Positions 48,354-57,841 are shown, counted from the first letter of the stretch. The stretch: DNA of 64,000 nt from an uncultured Chloroflexia bacterium (GCA_963850035.1 CAWKJP010000008.1:66251-130250); one strand, 5' to 3'. Translations and numbers: made by a program. Notes: generated from the sequence alone by a model not told the origin.

Positions 48354-48737
48354 CTACGACCCCGCGCCATCCTTGCGGTTCGCGGCTCGCTCGACCGCCC
48401 CACGGTAGCGTCCGTGGGCCGCCGCCTCGTCCAGATCCGCCATCGCCGTCTCGGCGTTGGCATCCGCCAGATCGGCGCTCATCGAGAGGGCGGCAAGCTT
48501 GGCCGCGGCCGCGGTCTTGCTGGCAGCGCTCTCGGCCATCGTCATTGCTTCCAGGGCGCGCCTGGCGGCGTCGGCAGTGGCGATTGCTGCCTGGGCTGCT
48601 TCCTTTGCGGCGAGTGCGGCTTCCTCTGCTGCGAGCCTGCCGCGCCGGGCAACGGCGGCGGCGCGCTCGGCAACGCGCCAGTCCTGCAGAGCATCCGGCA
48701 CGTTCGATTCCGCCGCGTCGCTCATTCCTCGCTCCAT
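48354..48737 (-). CDS. Ala-rich coiled-coil hypothetical protein
   Basis: (MERG)[80 protein letters not shown]... Start ambiguous (48737 or 48725). The longer track ORF reaching 49103 is not convincing. Confidence 0.55.
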   Translation of the reverse strand: MERGMSDAAESNVPDALQDWRVAERAAAVARRGRLAAEEAALAAKEAAQAAIATADAARRALEAMTMAESAASKTAAAAKLAALSMSADLADANAETAMADLDEAAAHGRYRGAVERAANRKDGAGS

Positions 48738-49136
48738 CGCGTCCCGTGGCGGCTGTCCGCCACTTCCAACCCTCGGCCCGCGCCGGGCGCTCGGCAGTCC
48801 CCAGTCGCCGTCGGGATTGTGAGCAGTGGGCGCTCCGGCCGACCTCGGGCGTTCCGCGCGTCGGGCCGCCTGCGCTTCAGTGCCCAATGAGGATCGCTCC
48901 CAGCAGGTGGCGCCGCCAGGCCCGCGCGGCCATCTGCGTCGCGGAGCGGCCGTCCGCTGCCGAGCACGAGCAACAAGCGCCCGAGTTCGACTGGGACCAG
49001 GCGTCGGTACGATCCCGCCGATGATCTCAGCGCCCGACCGGCACCCGATCACCGAGGTCACCGCCCCGGAACCATCAACCCCGTGCCGTCGATGGATCTG
49101 CATATGGGCACCAAGGCCCGATTGGACCGTTTCGAC

Positions 49137-51164
49137 CTACACCTTCCTCCGGTAGACCGAGTAGCCATTCACGAGGATCGCGATCAGCCAGATGCCCATC
49201 ACGACCACGAGGAGCGGCCACACCTGACTCGTGAGGTTCTGGCCGCCAACGACCAGGGGCGCTCCGCTGGTGACGAGGAGGACTGCCACCGCCGCGAAGA
49301 CCAGGAGCTGGAGCTTGAACCGGCGCTGCTTCCGAAGACGCCCGACCTCCAGGGCGCGGCGGGCGTCGATCGTGGCCGTCTCGTCGGTGTCCAGGGTGGC
49401 GGTCCCGATGTCAGGAATGGCCGGGAGGACCGGCGGCAGCCTCCTTCGCCGGCCCGCGCCAGCTTCCCTGTCTCGCGCTCGATCCCGCCATCCGCTGATG
49501 CCGGAGATCGGCTGCGCGGGTCCGCTTGGCTCCCAGCGGAACCGACCGACCGCGATCAGCGACGCCACGACAAGCCAAACGGCGATCACCGCGAGGTTCC
49601 GCCACGCCACGGAGCTGCCGGCCGGGTCAAGCGCGGCGGCTAGCGCGAGCACGATGTGCCGCAACGGGAAGAACGAGCCGACGGCCGTCATCCAGGCCGG
49701 GATGTCGCCGACGACCAGCACGCCCGAGATGAACGAGAGCACGAGGAGGACCCCGAGGGCGACCACACCTGCTGCCTTGCCGCTTGGTGCCAGCGCAGCG
49801 AGCGCGTACCCGCAGGCCGCCAGGCTGACGGTGCCGAACAGCAGCACAGCCAGGCCGAGTGGCAGGCCGTCCGGCGCGAGTGTCACGTTGAAGAATGCAA
49901 TGCCACACGCGAACACGAGGATGGCCGTCACGATCGCGATCCAGAGTGCCGACAGGGTCTGACCAGCCAGGTACTGCGCGGCAGTGACGGGGGTCCCACG
50001 GAGCCGCTTGAGGTGGCCCGCATCGCGCGCACGCGCCATCACCGAAGGCCGGTTGACAAAGGCAGTCACGGAGGCGCCGTAGGCAGCCATCGCCGCCGCG
50101 AAGTACAGGACGAACGGCACGCCGGCCACCAGGCCCGCCTGGTTGCCCCATTGCGCGCCCATCAGCACGTACACCCCGACCGGCATCGCCACGGCAAATG
50201 CGATCAGGGAGATGTTGCGACGCGCGCCGATGTTCGCCCAGCGCGTCTGGTCAAGGACGAGCGCCAATGCCGTGGGGCGACCAGGCGCGGCCACATGGAG
50301 GCCGTGGGATGCGACCGGCGCGGGGCGAGCCGCGACGGGGGTGCCCGACGCCTTCGGCTCGCGCCCCAGTGCCCATGCAGCCACCGCGACCCCCACCACG
50401 CCCCAGGCGGCCAGCACCGCCAGGGCCCCCAGATTCCAGCCGTCGCCGCTCTTGAACGGATCGAACTGATCCTGGAGTGGCAGGAGCAGCTGGCGAACCG
50501 GGAAGAAGGACCCCAGGCTGGCCATCCAGGCGGGCGGTGCGTCGCCCGCAGTGAACAGACCCGAGAGGAAGCTCAGGATCATGACGGCGCCCAAGGAGAA
50601 CGTCTCCGCCACGGCCGCGGAGGGCGCCAGCGCGCCCACGGCCAGGCCGAGCGCGGCCAGGCAACCCACCCCGACGAGGACCGTCACCAGGCTCGCCAGC
50701 ACGGTGTGCCACTGGATCTGGACGTCGTACGCCATGACGCCGAGGGCGAGAAGGATGGTGACTGCGGCCGTGGCGAGCACCCCCGCCGCCCCAACCCGGC
50801 CGAGGAGGTACGCCCACGGCGGCACAGGGGTCCCGCGCAGGCGCTTCGTCAGCTTCTGCTCGCGCGCGAGCGCAAGGCTCGTAGCGACCGGTGAGAAGGC
50901 GCCGAAGAGCACGCCCAGGACTGCCGCGGTCGGCGTGACGTACTGCATCACACGCACGCCCGTCGTCGCGTCAGCGGCCTCGTTGCCGATGAGCATGCCG
51001 ATCATGACGAGCCAGGCCAGTGGAAGCAGGAAGGTGAAGACCAGCACGATCCTGGTCCGCGAGATCTCGCGGACGGCATAACCGACCTGGTCGAGGATCA
51101 TGCCGGCCGTCGTCGGTCGCCGCTCCCGCGTCCGACGCGGCGCGAGGTGGGCGAGGGCGGTCAT
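49137..51164 (-). CDS. fused tandem ABC-2 permease (two 6-TM halves) with a C-terminal 2TM-like domain
   Basis: Two internally similar halves (KRLRGTPVPPWAYLLG...SFLSGLFTAGDAPPAWMASLGSFFPVRQ versus KRLRGTPVTAAQYLAG...SFISGVLVVGDIPAWMTAVGSFFPLRH). The tail is RKQRRFKLQLLVFAAVAVLLV...VWPLLVVVMGIWLIAILVNGYSVYRR. ATGA overlap with the ATPase stop at 51161-51164. Confidence 0.85.
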   Translation of the reverse strand: MTALAHLAPRRTRERRPTTAGMILDQVGYAVREISRTRIVLVFTFLLPLAWLVMIGMLIGNEAADATTGVRVMQYVTPTAAVLGVLFGAFSPVATSLALAREQKLTKRLRGTPVPPWAYLLGRVGAAGVLATAAVTILLALGVMAYDVQIQWHTVLASLVTVLVGVGCLAALGLAVGALAPSAAVAETFSLGAVMILSFLSGLFTAGDAPPAWMASLGSFFPVRQLLLPLQDQFDPFKSGDGWNLGALAVLAAWGVVGVAVAAWALGREPKASGTPVAARPAPVASHGLHVAAPGRPTALALVLDQTRWANIGARRNISLIAFAVAMPVGVYVLMGAQWGNQAGLVAGVPFVLYFAAAMAAYGASVTAFVNRPSVMARARDAGHLKRLRGTPVTAAQYLAGQTLSALWIAIVTAILVFACGIAFFNVTLAPDGLPLGLAVLLFGTVSLAACGYALAALAPSGKAAGVVALGVLLVLSFISGVLVVGDIPAWMTAVGSFFPLRHIVLALAAALDPAGSSVAWRNLAVIAVWLVVASLIAVGRFRWEPSGPAQPISGISGWRDRARDREAGAGRRRRLPPVLPAIPDIGTATLDTDETATIDARRALEVGRLRKQRRFKLQLLVFAAVAVLLVTSGAPLVVGGQNLTSQVWPLLVVVMGIWLIAILVNGYSVYRRKV

Positions 51165-52099
51165 GGCGCCACCGTCTCGCGTGCTCCTTCGCTCGCATCT
51201 GCGTGCGCTGCCACCAGGGCGAGGTACGTATCCTCCAGGGACGGCCGCCCGACCGAGAGGGACGGCACCTCCAGGCCGTGAGCGACCGCCCACGACGTGA
51301 GGTCGAGAAGCGCCCGTGTGGGATGGGCCGTCTCGAGGTGCCAGTCGGTGCCGACTTCGGAGACCGTGCCGTCGAGGTTGGGGAGGTCCGCTGGACTCAC
51401 TCCCGACGGCAGCCGGAAGGACACGATCGAGGTCGAGATGCCGCCTGCCGCCAGCTCCTCCGGCCTGCCCAACGCCACGAGGCGACCGTGGACGATCACC
51501 GCGACGCGGTCTGCCAGGTGCTGGGCCTCGTCCATGTAGTGGGTGGTCAGGAGCACGGTCTTGCCCAGGCCGCGCAACGCTTCGACCAGATCCCACGCCT
51601 TGCGGCGCGCCTCCGGGTCGAAGCCCGTCGTCGGCTCATCGAGGAAGAGGAGGTCCGGGTCGCCCACCAGTCCCAGGGCAAGGTCGAGCCGGCGCCGCTG
51701 GCCGCCAGAGAGTGTCTTCACCCGCGCGTCGGCCTTGTCTTCCAACCCAACGAGCCCCAGGACGACGTCCACGTCGAGCCGGCGCGGGTACATCCGCCGA
51801 TAGAGGGCAACCATCTCGCGCGGCGTGAAGTCCTCGTCGAAGCCTGCCTCCTGGAGCACGATGCCGATTCGCTCGCGAAACTCGCGGCCGGCCGTCTGCG
51901 GGTCGAAGCCCAGCACCGAGACGGTGCCCGAGGTTCGGTGGCGGTGACCCTCGAGGATCTCGACCGTCGTCGTCTTGCCGGCGCCGTTGGGCCCCAGGAG
52001 GGCGAAGATCTCTCCCGCCTCGATCGTGAACGACAGGCCGTCGACGGCGCACAGGCTGCCGTATTCCTTGCGCAATCCCTCCACGACCACCGCTGCCAT
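51161..52099 (-). CDS. ABC transporter ATP-binding protein
   Basis: GPNGAGKTTT, LSGGQRRRLDLA, LLFLDEPTTGFD. AGGAGG upstream of the ATG at 52099. Confidence 0.9.
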   Translation of the reverse strand: MAAVVVEGLRKEYGSLCAVDGLSFTIEAGEIFALLGPNGAGKTTTVEILEGHRHRTSGTVSVLGFDPQTAGREFRERIGIVLQEAGFDEDFTPREMVALYRRMYPRRLDVDVVLGLVGLEDKADARVKTLSGGQRRRLDLALGLVGDPDLLFLDEPTTGFDPEARRKAWDLVEALRGLGKTVLLTTHYMDEAQHLADRVAVIVHGRLVALGRPEELAAGGISTSIVSFRLPSGVSPADLPNLDGTVSEVGTDWHLETAHPTRALLDLTSWAVAHGLEVPSLSVGRPSLEDTYLALVAAHADASEGARETVAP

Positions 52100-52313
52100 C
52101 CCGTCCTCCTGACCGCGGCTGGCTGCGTTCGGCGCTGAGCCACAAATGCGGCGGTCTCTGCTGCGTCCAGTGAGGTCGAAGCGGGCGGCAACTGGCAGTG
52201 CCAGACGGGATGAAGATGTGAACCGATGGGCCCGCCGATGCTGTCTTCTGGGCCGGGAGTGGCGGGCGATTCAGGCGCCTCGGGGCGATGGCCTGCCCGA
52301 CGCCCCGCGCGAA

Positions 52314-52379
52314 GATGCCATCGACAGCCAGATCCGGGCCATCGGCTATTCGCCGAGCGATGTCAGGGTCGTGCTCTGA
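52314..52379 (+). pseudogene. possible fragment of an MBL-fold hydrolase gene
   Basis: The ORF tail DAIDSQIRAIGYSPSDVRVVL resembles the segment just before the HxHxDH motif of metallo-beta-lactamase-fold proteins, then hits a stop. Very short, weak call. Confidence 0.25.
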
Positions 52380-52532
52380 GTCTTCAAAACGCGCTCAGCA
52401 TCGAAACCCCGGATGCCGGCGCGCCGCTAGGTAATGCTCCCCTCGTCTGTTTCTTCAGGGCGTCGACGGCAGATGACGCGCGGCGCACATACTCTCGAGT
52501 AAGCACTGCACCTGATCCTGGAGGCTAGATCT

Positions 52533-52952
52533 GTGACGGACCATGCGGCGGGGATCGTGGCGCTGGGCGCGCGCGTCCACCTGTTCGTCCGGCCGCACGC
52601 CCACGACGCCTTCGTCGCGCTCTTCCGAGACGTGCTCGGTTGCGACCTGCGGGAGCTCGACTTCGGTCTCGACTACCCGATCCTGTTCGTGCCGTTCGAC
52701 GATGGGAGTGGCTTCAGTGTCGAGTTCAGTGACCGAGCCGCTGACGACGTGACGGATCGCCCGCTCGACGACGAAAACGCGTTTCGAGGCGCGTGGATCG
52801 AGTTCCGAACGGCGGAGCTCGATCGGCTGCAGGCGGCTCTCCGGGCGGCCGGGATTCCCGAGTTCCGGCATCCGGGCAGCAATCACGCATATTTCTGCGC
52901 CCCTGGAGGGCAAGTCTTCCGGCTTCTTGACGTCGGTTACGCGGGCCCTTAG
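52533..52952 (+). CDS. VOC/glyoxalase-like small protein
   Basis: GTG start with CTGGAGG upstream. MTDHAAGIVALGARVHLFVRPHAHDAFVALFRDVLGC...GAWIEFRTAELDRLQAALRAAGIPEFRHPGSNHAYFCAPGGQVFRLLD. Confidence 0.6.
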   Translation: MTDHAAGIVALGARVHLFVRPHAHDAFVALFRDVLGCDLRELDFGLDYPILFVPFDDGSGFSVEFSDRAADDVTDRPLDDENAFRGAWIEFRTAELDRLQAALRAAGIPEFRHPGSNHAYFCAPGGQVFRLLDVGYAGP

Positions 52953-53073
52953 GGATCTTCCCTGGCTGCCGAAGCCGCGATCGGTGAAGAGCGTACCGTC
53001 GAACCGCTCGGCTGGTGTCTGCCAATCGAGCTCGCCGCGTCATCGACGTCTGCATCGGCGTGGTGCTGCGATC

Positions 53074-53200
53074 ACACCCGAGGCGCTGGTGGACGATCTG
53101 TTTACGGTGCTCGACGGCTTCGACGTCGAGCAGTGCGTCCTCGCCGGTGAGTCGCTCGGCGCCCTGACCTGTGTCCTGGCGCCAATGACACTTGAGCCCG
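53074..53200 (+). pseudogene. alpha/beta-hydrolase fragment (nucleophile-elbow region only)
   Basis: TPEALVDDLFTVLDGFDVEQCVLAGESLGALTCVLA contains a G-x-S-x-G elbow. No intact N- or C-terminal parts in any frame. Confidence 0.4.
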
Positions 53201-53262
53201 GACGCCATACGGGCGGCGTGACGACCGTCGGCATGTTGACGCCGAGCGAATGGGGAGTGTGA

Positions 53263-54336
53263 ATGAGCGACCGACTTTGCAGGCTATGGCTGGCCAGCGC
53301 GGTCGTCATCCTCGCGGCAGCGTGCTCGCCATCGCCGACACGTCCGGTAGCGCCGAGCGCCACCCTTCCCACCACGCCCGGGACTGCCAGCGCGGTCCCG
53401 ACCCCAGGACAGACCATGGCCGTGCAGACGGCTGCACTCGTCCAGCTGTACCCCACCGAGCCCAGCCTCATCGCGGCGGACAGCGGCCAGCTTTTCGGTA
53501 TCGTGGCGCCATCGTCAGGACCGGTCGCCACTGTTCTCCGGATCAGCGGCGACGGCCTCCTCACGCGACGGACGCTCGAGGATCCAGTCGCCCCCTACTT
53601 CTCGCACATCGACGCCACAGGTCCGTCGCTCCTGCTGGGCACGGCCGTCGTCCGTCGGTTCACGACCGCGGCCGACGAGCTGCTCAGGATCGACGAGGTG
53701 ACGCTCGCGGTGATCGAACGGAGGACGATTCCCGGGGGCGTCGTCGGGATCGTCGCAGACGAAGGGGACGTCTGGATTGCGCTGGCGGACCGCGTCCTGC
53801 GCCTCGACCCATCCTCGCTTGAGACCCGCGCGTCGTTCGCCGTCCCCGGCGCGGTCCCCCCGCCAGCCGGCTCGAAGGCCGTCGCCTCGATAGCGTTGGG
53901 GCGGGGCAGCCTCTGGGTGGCCTACGGGGACGCCGCCGGCGGCACGCTGTATCGCCTCGATCCGACAACCCTATCCGTGAGCGGCCAGACAGCGCTCTCC
54001 GGGGTGGGAGCAGTCGGCACCGTCGTTGGGGACGCCACTTCCGTGTGGGTGGTCGGCGACGCGTGGGTCCGGCGCGTCGAAGCGACCGGCGTGATCGCAG
54101 ACCCAATCGCGGTGCCCGGCGTCCAAGCCGTGGCGGCACGGGGCATGGGCCTCGTGGCGCTCGTCGACGATGGCTCGGCGGACGAGGCCCTCATCCAGCT
54201 CGGCGCACAGGGCGGAGTCGAGGGCAGCACGCGGGTCGGCGACGCGGGCGGACACCTCGCTCTGGACGGTCCGGACGTGTGGCTGCCCCAAGGGCTCGCG
54301 CTGGCACACTGGTCGCTGCTGCTCCCGCAGCCGTAG
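53263..54336 (+). CDS. secreted lipoprotein, repeat/beta-propeller-like, function unknown
   Basis: Signal peptide with lipobox LAAAC. Recurrent motifs (VWIALADRVLRLDP, SLWVAYGD..LYRLDP, SVWVVGDAWVRRVE, DVWLPQG). Confidence 0.7.
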   Translation: MSDRLCRLWLASAVVILAAACSPSPTRPVAPSATLPTTPGTASAVPTPGQTMAVQTAALVQLYPTEPSLIAADSGQLFGIVAPSSGPVATVLRISGDGLLTRRTLEDPVAPYFSHIDATGPSLLLGTAVVRRFTTAADELLRIDEVTLAVIERRTIPGGVVGIVADEGDVWIALADRVLRLDPSSLETRASFAVPGAVPPPAGSKAVASIALGRGSLWVAYGDAAGGTLYRLDPTTLSVSGQTALSGVGAVGTVVGDATSVWVVGDAWVRRVEATGVIADPIAVPGVQAVAARGMGLVALVDDGSADEALIQLGAQGGVEGSTRVGDAGGHLALDGPDVWLPQGLALAHWSLLLPQP

Positions 54337-54453
54337 CGGGCCGCACGACCGCGATGCGCACGTGCCCAGGCCCGTGATTTCGGCCGAAGGTCACGAAGCA
54401 GCATCCGAATTGGTCCGTAGCGGGCGTCGTCCATGAGGTGAGACTTTGGGCGC

Positions 54454-56784
54454 ATGTGGATCCACGACCCGACGGCGCCGGTCGAGGCTCGGGTCGCGGC
54501 GTTGCGGACCGGGTTGGTCCGGCTGAGCCCGCGAGCCTGGCTCGCCTTTCTCGTCGGTGGGCTTGGCCTGGCGCTCGTCGGAGCGCTCGTCGGTAACGAG
54601 AAGGCCCTCGAGCCGCTGGTGGTCGCGATGGGGCTGGCGGCCACGGCGGCAATCCTCGTCGGCGTTCGGATCAATCACCCAGCCCGCACCTTGCCGTGGC
54701 AGCTCGTTGCCTTCTGCACGCTGCTCACGACGATCGGGATCGGGGTCATTCCCACGACGGGCGCCCTCGGTGTCCTGGGCCAGGGGCTGACATCTGCGGG
54801 CTACGTGGCCGGCTTCAGCGGCTTCGTCCTGCTGATCCGCGGTCGGATCCCGGGCGGCGAACGGGCCGCCTTCCTCGATGCTGCGATCCTCGCCTCAGGA
54901 ACGGCCGTGCTCATCTGGGCCTTCGGCGTCGCCCCGTACGTCCTCGCCGCCCGACAGGACTCTGTTGTCACAGCGGCCTTCTTCTACCCCGCACTCGTCG
55001 CCTCGGCGGTGGTCGTTCGAATGTGGTTCCTCGGCGGGAAGCATCGCCCCGCCACCCGCCTCCTCGTCCTGCTCGTTCTCACCACCGATGCCATCACGAT
55101 CCTCGACATGCTGCGCGGCGGCATCGGCTACGGCGCACTCGCCGGCCCGTTCTTGCTGGCGGAATTCGCGTCGCTCGCGTTCGTCGGCGCGGCCGCCCTG
55201 CATCCCTCCATGGCACTGGCTCCCGAGCGCCAGAGCGTCGTCCACGGGCCGTTCAGCCGACAACGGCTCGTGGCGCTGCTGGCTGCGCTCCTGGTCAACC
55301 CGGCAACGCTGGCGATCGAGGTCTGGGACGGTCACCAGATCGATCCGGCGCCGTACGTCATCGGCGGGGCGCTGATCGGCGCCCTCGTCGTCGTTCGACT
55401 CGGTGATGCCCTGCGCCAGCTCGGCGAGAGCCTTCGCGACCGCGAATCGCTGATGGAGATGCTCCGCCGCCAGGCGCTCTACGACACCCTGACGTCGCTG
55501 CCCAATCGGAGCCTCTTCACGGAGCGATTGGCGGCTGACTTCGCGAACCGATCGGCCGACCGACCGCTGGCGGTCCTGCTCGTCGACCTCGACGACTTCA
55601 AGGCGATCAACAACAGCTATGGCCACGCAGCTGGCGACACCCTCCTGGTTGCCGTCGGCCAGCGGCTGCGGGCGGCGATCCGCGACGGCGACACGGCGGC
55701 CCGCTTGGGCGGGGACGAGTTCGTCATCGCCCTGCCAAGCTTCGCCGATCCGTTGGTCCCGATCCGTGTGGCACAGCGGGTCCTGACATCGCTCGGCGAG
55801 CCGTTCGACATCGGCGGCCGCAGCCTGACCGTGCGGGCCAGCATCGGCGTGGCCGTGGCCATCACCGGCGATCAGACCGCCGACGATCTCGTCCGCAATG
55901 CCGACATCGCGATGTACCTGGCCAAGAGCCGCGGCAAGGGCCGTATCGAGGTCTTCGAGCTGTCGATGCAGGCGGCCGCCGTGACCCAGATCCAGCTCCG
56001 GACAGACCTGGAGCTCGCCATCGCCGGCGGCGACCTCCGTCTCCATTATCAGCCGGTGGTCGACCTGCGGACCGGCCGGACGATCGGTCACGAGGCGCTC
56101 GTTCGCTGGCTGCGCGACGGCCAGCTCATCGCGCCTAGCGAGTTCATTCCCGTGGCAGAATCGAGCGGACTGATCGGCCCGCTGACCGACTGGGTCGTCG
56201 ACGAAGCCTGCAGGACGACAGCAAGCCGGGACGAAGGTGGCGATCGTCCGTGGGTCAGCGTCAACTTGTCCCCGAGCCAGCTCGTCCGCCCGGACATCAT
56301 CGCGCGCCTCGGGCGGACCCTCGAGGCGACCGGCCTCGCGCCGGATCGTCTCGTCATCGAGATCACCGAGTCGTCGCTGCTGGAGATTGACGTCGCTCGC
56401 CCGGCCGTCGAACGGTTGAGCAAGATTGGTGTCCGTCTGGCCATCGACGATTTCGGGACCGGCTACTCCGCGCTGAGCTATCTCGCCCGCCTGCCGATCG
56501 ACATCCTGAAGATCGACCGGTCGTTCGTCATGGCCCTCGTGCAGGAAGGGCCGGAGGATGCGATCGCAGCGGCCATCATCGCCCTCGCCGGGCGGCTGGG
56601 CCTGACGACGATCGGCGAGGGGATCGAGACCGCGGCCCAGCTCAACAAGCTCGTCGCGCTCGGCTGCGATCTCGGCCAGGGCTTCTACCTCGGTCGACCG
56701 GTCGCCAACGAGGATCTGCGACACTCGCCGGTACCGCACGGCCACTGGCCGCGACGCACCATCGCGGCCCGCCTCAGCGCCTGA
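54454..56784 (+). CDS. membrane-anchored GGDEF-EAL (diguanylate cyclase/phosphodiesterase) protein
   Basis: About 300-aa polytopic N-terminus. LTSLPNRSLF...DDFKAINNSYGHAAGD...RLGGDEFVI is the GGDEF domain. YQPVVDL...GHEALVRW...ESSGLI...DDFGTGYSALSYL...LKIDRSF...EGIET is the EAL domain. Confidence 0.9.
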   Translation: MWIHDPTAPVEARVAALRTGLVRLSPRAWLAFLVGGLGLALVGALVGNEKALEPLVVAMGLAATAAILVGVRINHPARTLPWQLVAFCTLLTTIGIGVIPTTGALGVLGQGLTSAGYVAGFSGFVLLIRGRIPGGERAAFLDAAILASGTAVLIWAFGVAPYVLAARQDSVVTAAFFYPALVASAVVVRMWFLGGKHRPATRLLVLLVLTTDAITILDMLRGGIGYGALAGPFLLAEFASLAFVGAAALHPSMALAPERQSVVHGPFSRQRLVALLAALLVNPATLAIEVWDGHQIDPAPYVIGGALIGALVVVRLGDALRQLGESLRDRESLMEMLRRQALYDTLTSLPNRSLFTERLAADFANRSADRPLAVLLVDLDDFKAINNSYGHAAGDTLLVAVGQRLRAAIRDGDTAARLGGDEFVIALPSFADPLVPIRVAQRVLTSLGEPFDIGGRSLTVRASIGVAVAITGDQTADDLVRNADIAMYLAKSRGKGRIEVFELSMQAAAVTQIQLRTDLELAIAGGDLRLHYQPVVDLRTGRTIGHEALVRWLRDGQLIAPSEFIPVAESSGLIGPLTDWVVDEACRTTASRDEGGDRPWVSVNLSPSQLVRPDIIARLGRTLEATGLAPDRLVIEITESSLLEIDVARPAVERLSKIGVRLAIDDFGTGYSALSYLARLPIDILKIDRSFVMALVQEGPEDAIAAAIIALAGRLGLTTIGEGIETAAQLNKLVALGCDLGQGFYLGRPVANEDLRHSPVPHGHWPRRTIAARLSA

Positions 56785-56907
56785 CGCTGCCGGTTCACCC
56801 GCGGGCACGATCCCGTCAACGGATCCAGATGGGTTCCGCGCGCAGGGCAGCAGCGCAATCCAGCAGCGTTCGCTATCCGCCCCACTGTTCGCGTGTCGCT
56901 CCGCGGC

Positions 56908-57033
56908 CAGCGGCGTGAACTGCACCTCGTTGCCCGGCCGGATCTGCCCAAGACGGGGACGGTCCGCAACCGGCACCACGCCGAGCACTCGGTAGCCGCG
57001 GGTCGTCTGCCCGTCGAGGAGCAATGGGCCGGA
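56908..57033 (-). pseudogene. C-terminal fragment of a PxpC/allophanate-hydrolase-subunit-2-like gene
   Basis: GPLLLDGQTTRGYRVLGVVPVADRPRLGQIRPGNEVQFTPL matches the conserved C-terminal block (D.QTTGGYP...ADL..laQ..PGd.vrF) of that family. No upstream remainder of the gene. Confidence 0.45.
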
Positions 57034-57126
57034 GCGCCGAGGCGCACTCGTACCGCGTCACCTTCGACCCGGCCGCACCGCCGTCTGAACCCTGACTGCC
57101 GCGCGCTCGACGCCGACCGACTGAGG

Positions 57127-57591
57127 TCAGCGCGAGAGGGTCGGGCGACCCAGGTAGCGGATCCGCGCAAAGGGCCAGGTGTCGTCGAGCCACGCCGCGA
57201 TCGCCCCGGCGAGCGGCAGGTCCAGCGCGGCATGGTCGGCGCGCACCCACGACTGGACCTCGGCGCCGGGCTCGCCCTTGAGCGGGTAGATGTAGACGCA
57301 CCCGATCACGTCACCGTCGGCCGGGTCGAGCACCGTGTAGGTGAAGCCCCTGCGGGCCGCGAAGTCGCCCGCGTGGCGCTCGAGGTCGGCGAGGTTCTCC
57401 TCGAGGGTCATCTCCCGCGGCCAGCGGCCATCCGGGTATCCGGGCGTCGAGCGAATGTGGTCGATCGATCCGCTCCACGCGGCGTGGTCAGCCGCGTTGT
57501 GCCGGGGATCCAGTGGCTCCAGCACGAAGGCGTCGAGCACGAGGCGTGCCGGCGGATCGAAGGTCAGCGGGATGAACGGGACGTCAGTCAT
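57127..57591 (-). CDS. GNAT-like acetyltransferase-fold protein
   Basis: MTDVPFIPLTFDPPARLVLDAFVLEPLDPRHNAADHAAW...MTLEENLADLERHAGDFAARRGFTYTVLDPADGDVIGCVYIYP. Family assignment from memory of the pattern. Confidence 0.6.
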   Translation of the reverse strand: MTDVPFIPLTFDPPARLVLDAFVLEPLDPRHNAADHAAWSGSIDHIRSTPGYPDGRWPREMTLEENLADLERHAGDFAARRGFTYTVLDPADGDVIGCVYIYPLKGEPGAEVQSWVRADHAALDLPLAGAIAAWLDDTWPFARIRYLGRPTLSR

Positions 57592-57643
57592 TGGCGCGAA
57601 GGTACTCGGGCGTCAGCAACCGCGCGGGCGCAAGTTCGTGTGG

Positions 57644-57716
57644 CGCGCCCGGAGGGATTCGAACCCCCGACCGTCTGATCCGAAGTCAGATGCTCTATCC
57701 ACTGAGCTACGGGCGC
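57644..57716 (-). tRNA. tRNA-Arg, anticodon UCG (CCA encoded at 57641-57643)
   Basis: Manual fold: GCGCCCG TA GCTC AGTGGATA GAGC A TCTGA CTTCGGA TCAGA CGGTC GGGGG TTCGAAT CCCTC CGGGCGC G CCA. All four stems pair; anticodon loop CU-UCG-GA. Confidence 0.9.
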
Positions 57717-57841
57717 GGACCGACAGCGTAGCGCAGACGCGCGCCGATCTCAGCCCGGCGTGCATGGGTCGCTCCCAGTCGGCGCGTCGTCTGGCGCCCG
57801 CCCCCCACTCCGCCTCGCCGCGCCCGTCGTACGATCCGCGC

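Noticed and set aside
48738-49103. N-terminal extension of the coiled-coil ORF up to 49103
   Set aside because: Composition (Arg/Pro/Gly-rich, no helical heptads) differs from the downstream Ala-rich part. Treated as 5' UTR or intergenic.
54895-56900. Bulk of the 709-aa minus-strand ORF 54895..57024
   Set aside because: Antisense to the GGDEF-EAL gene. Only its first ~40 codons (PxpC-like block) look like real former coding sequence.
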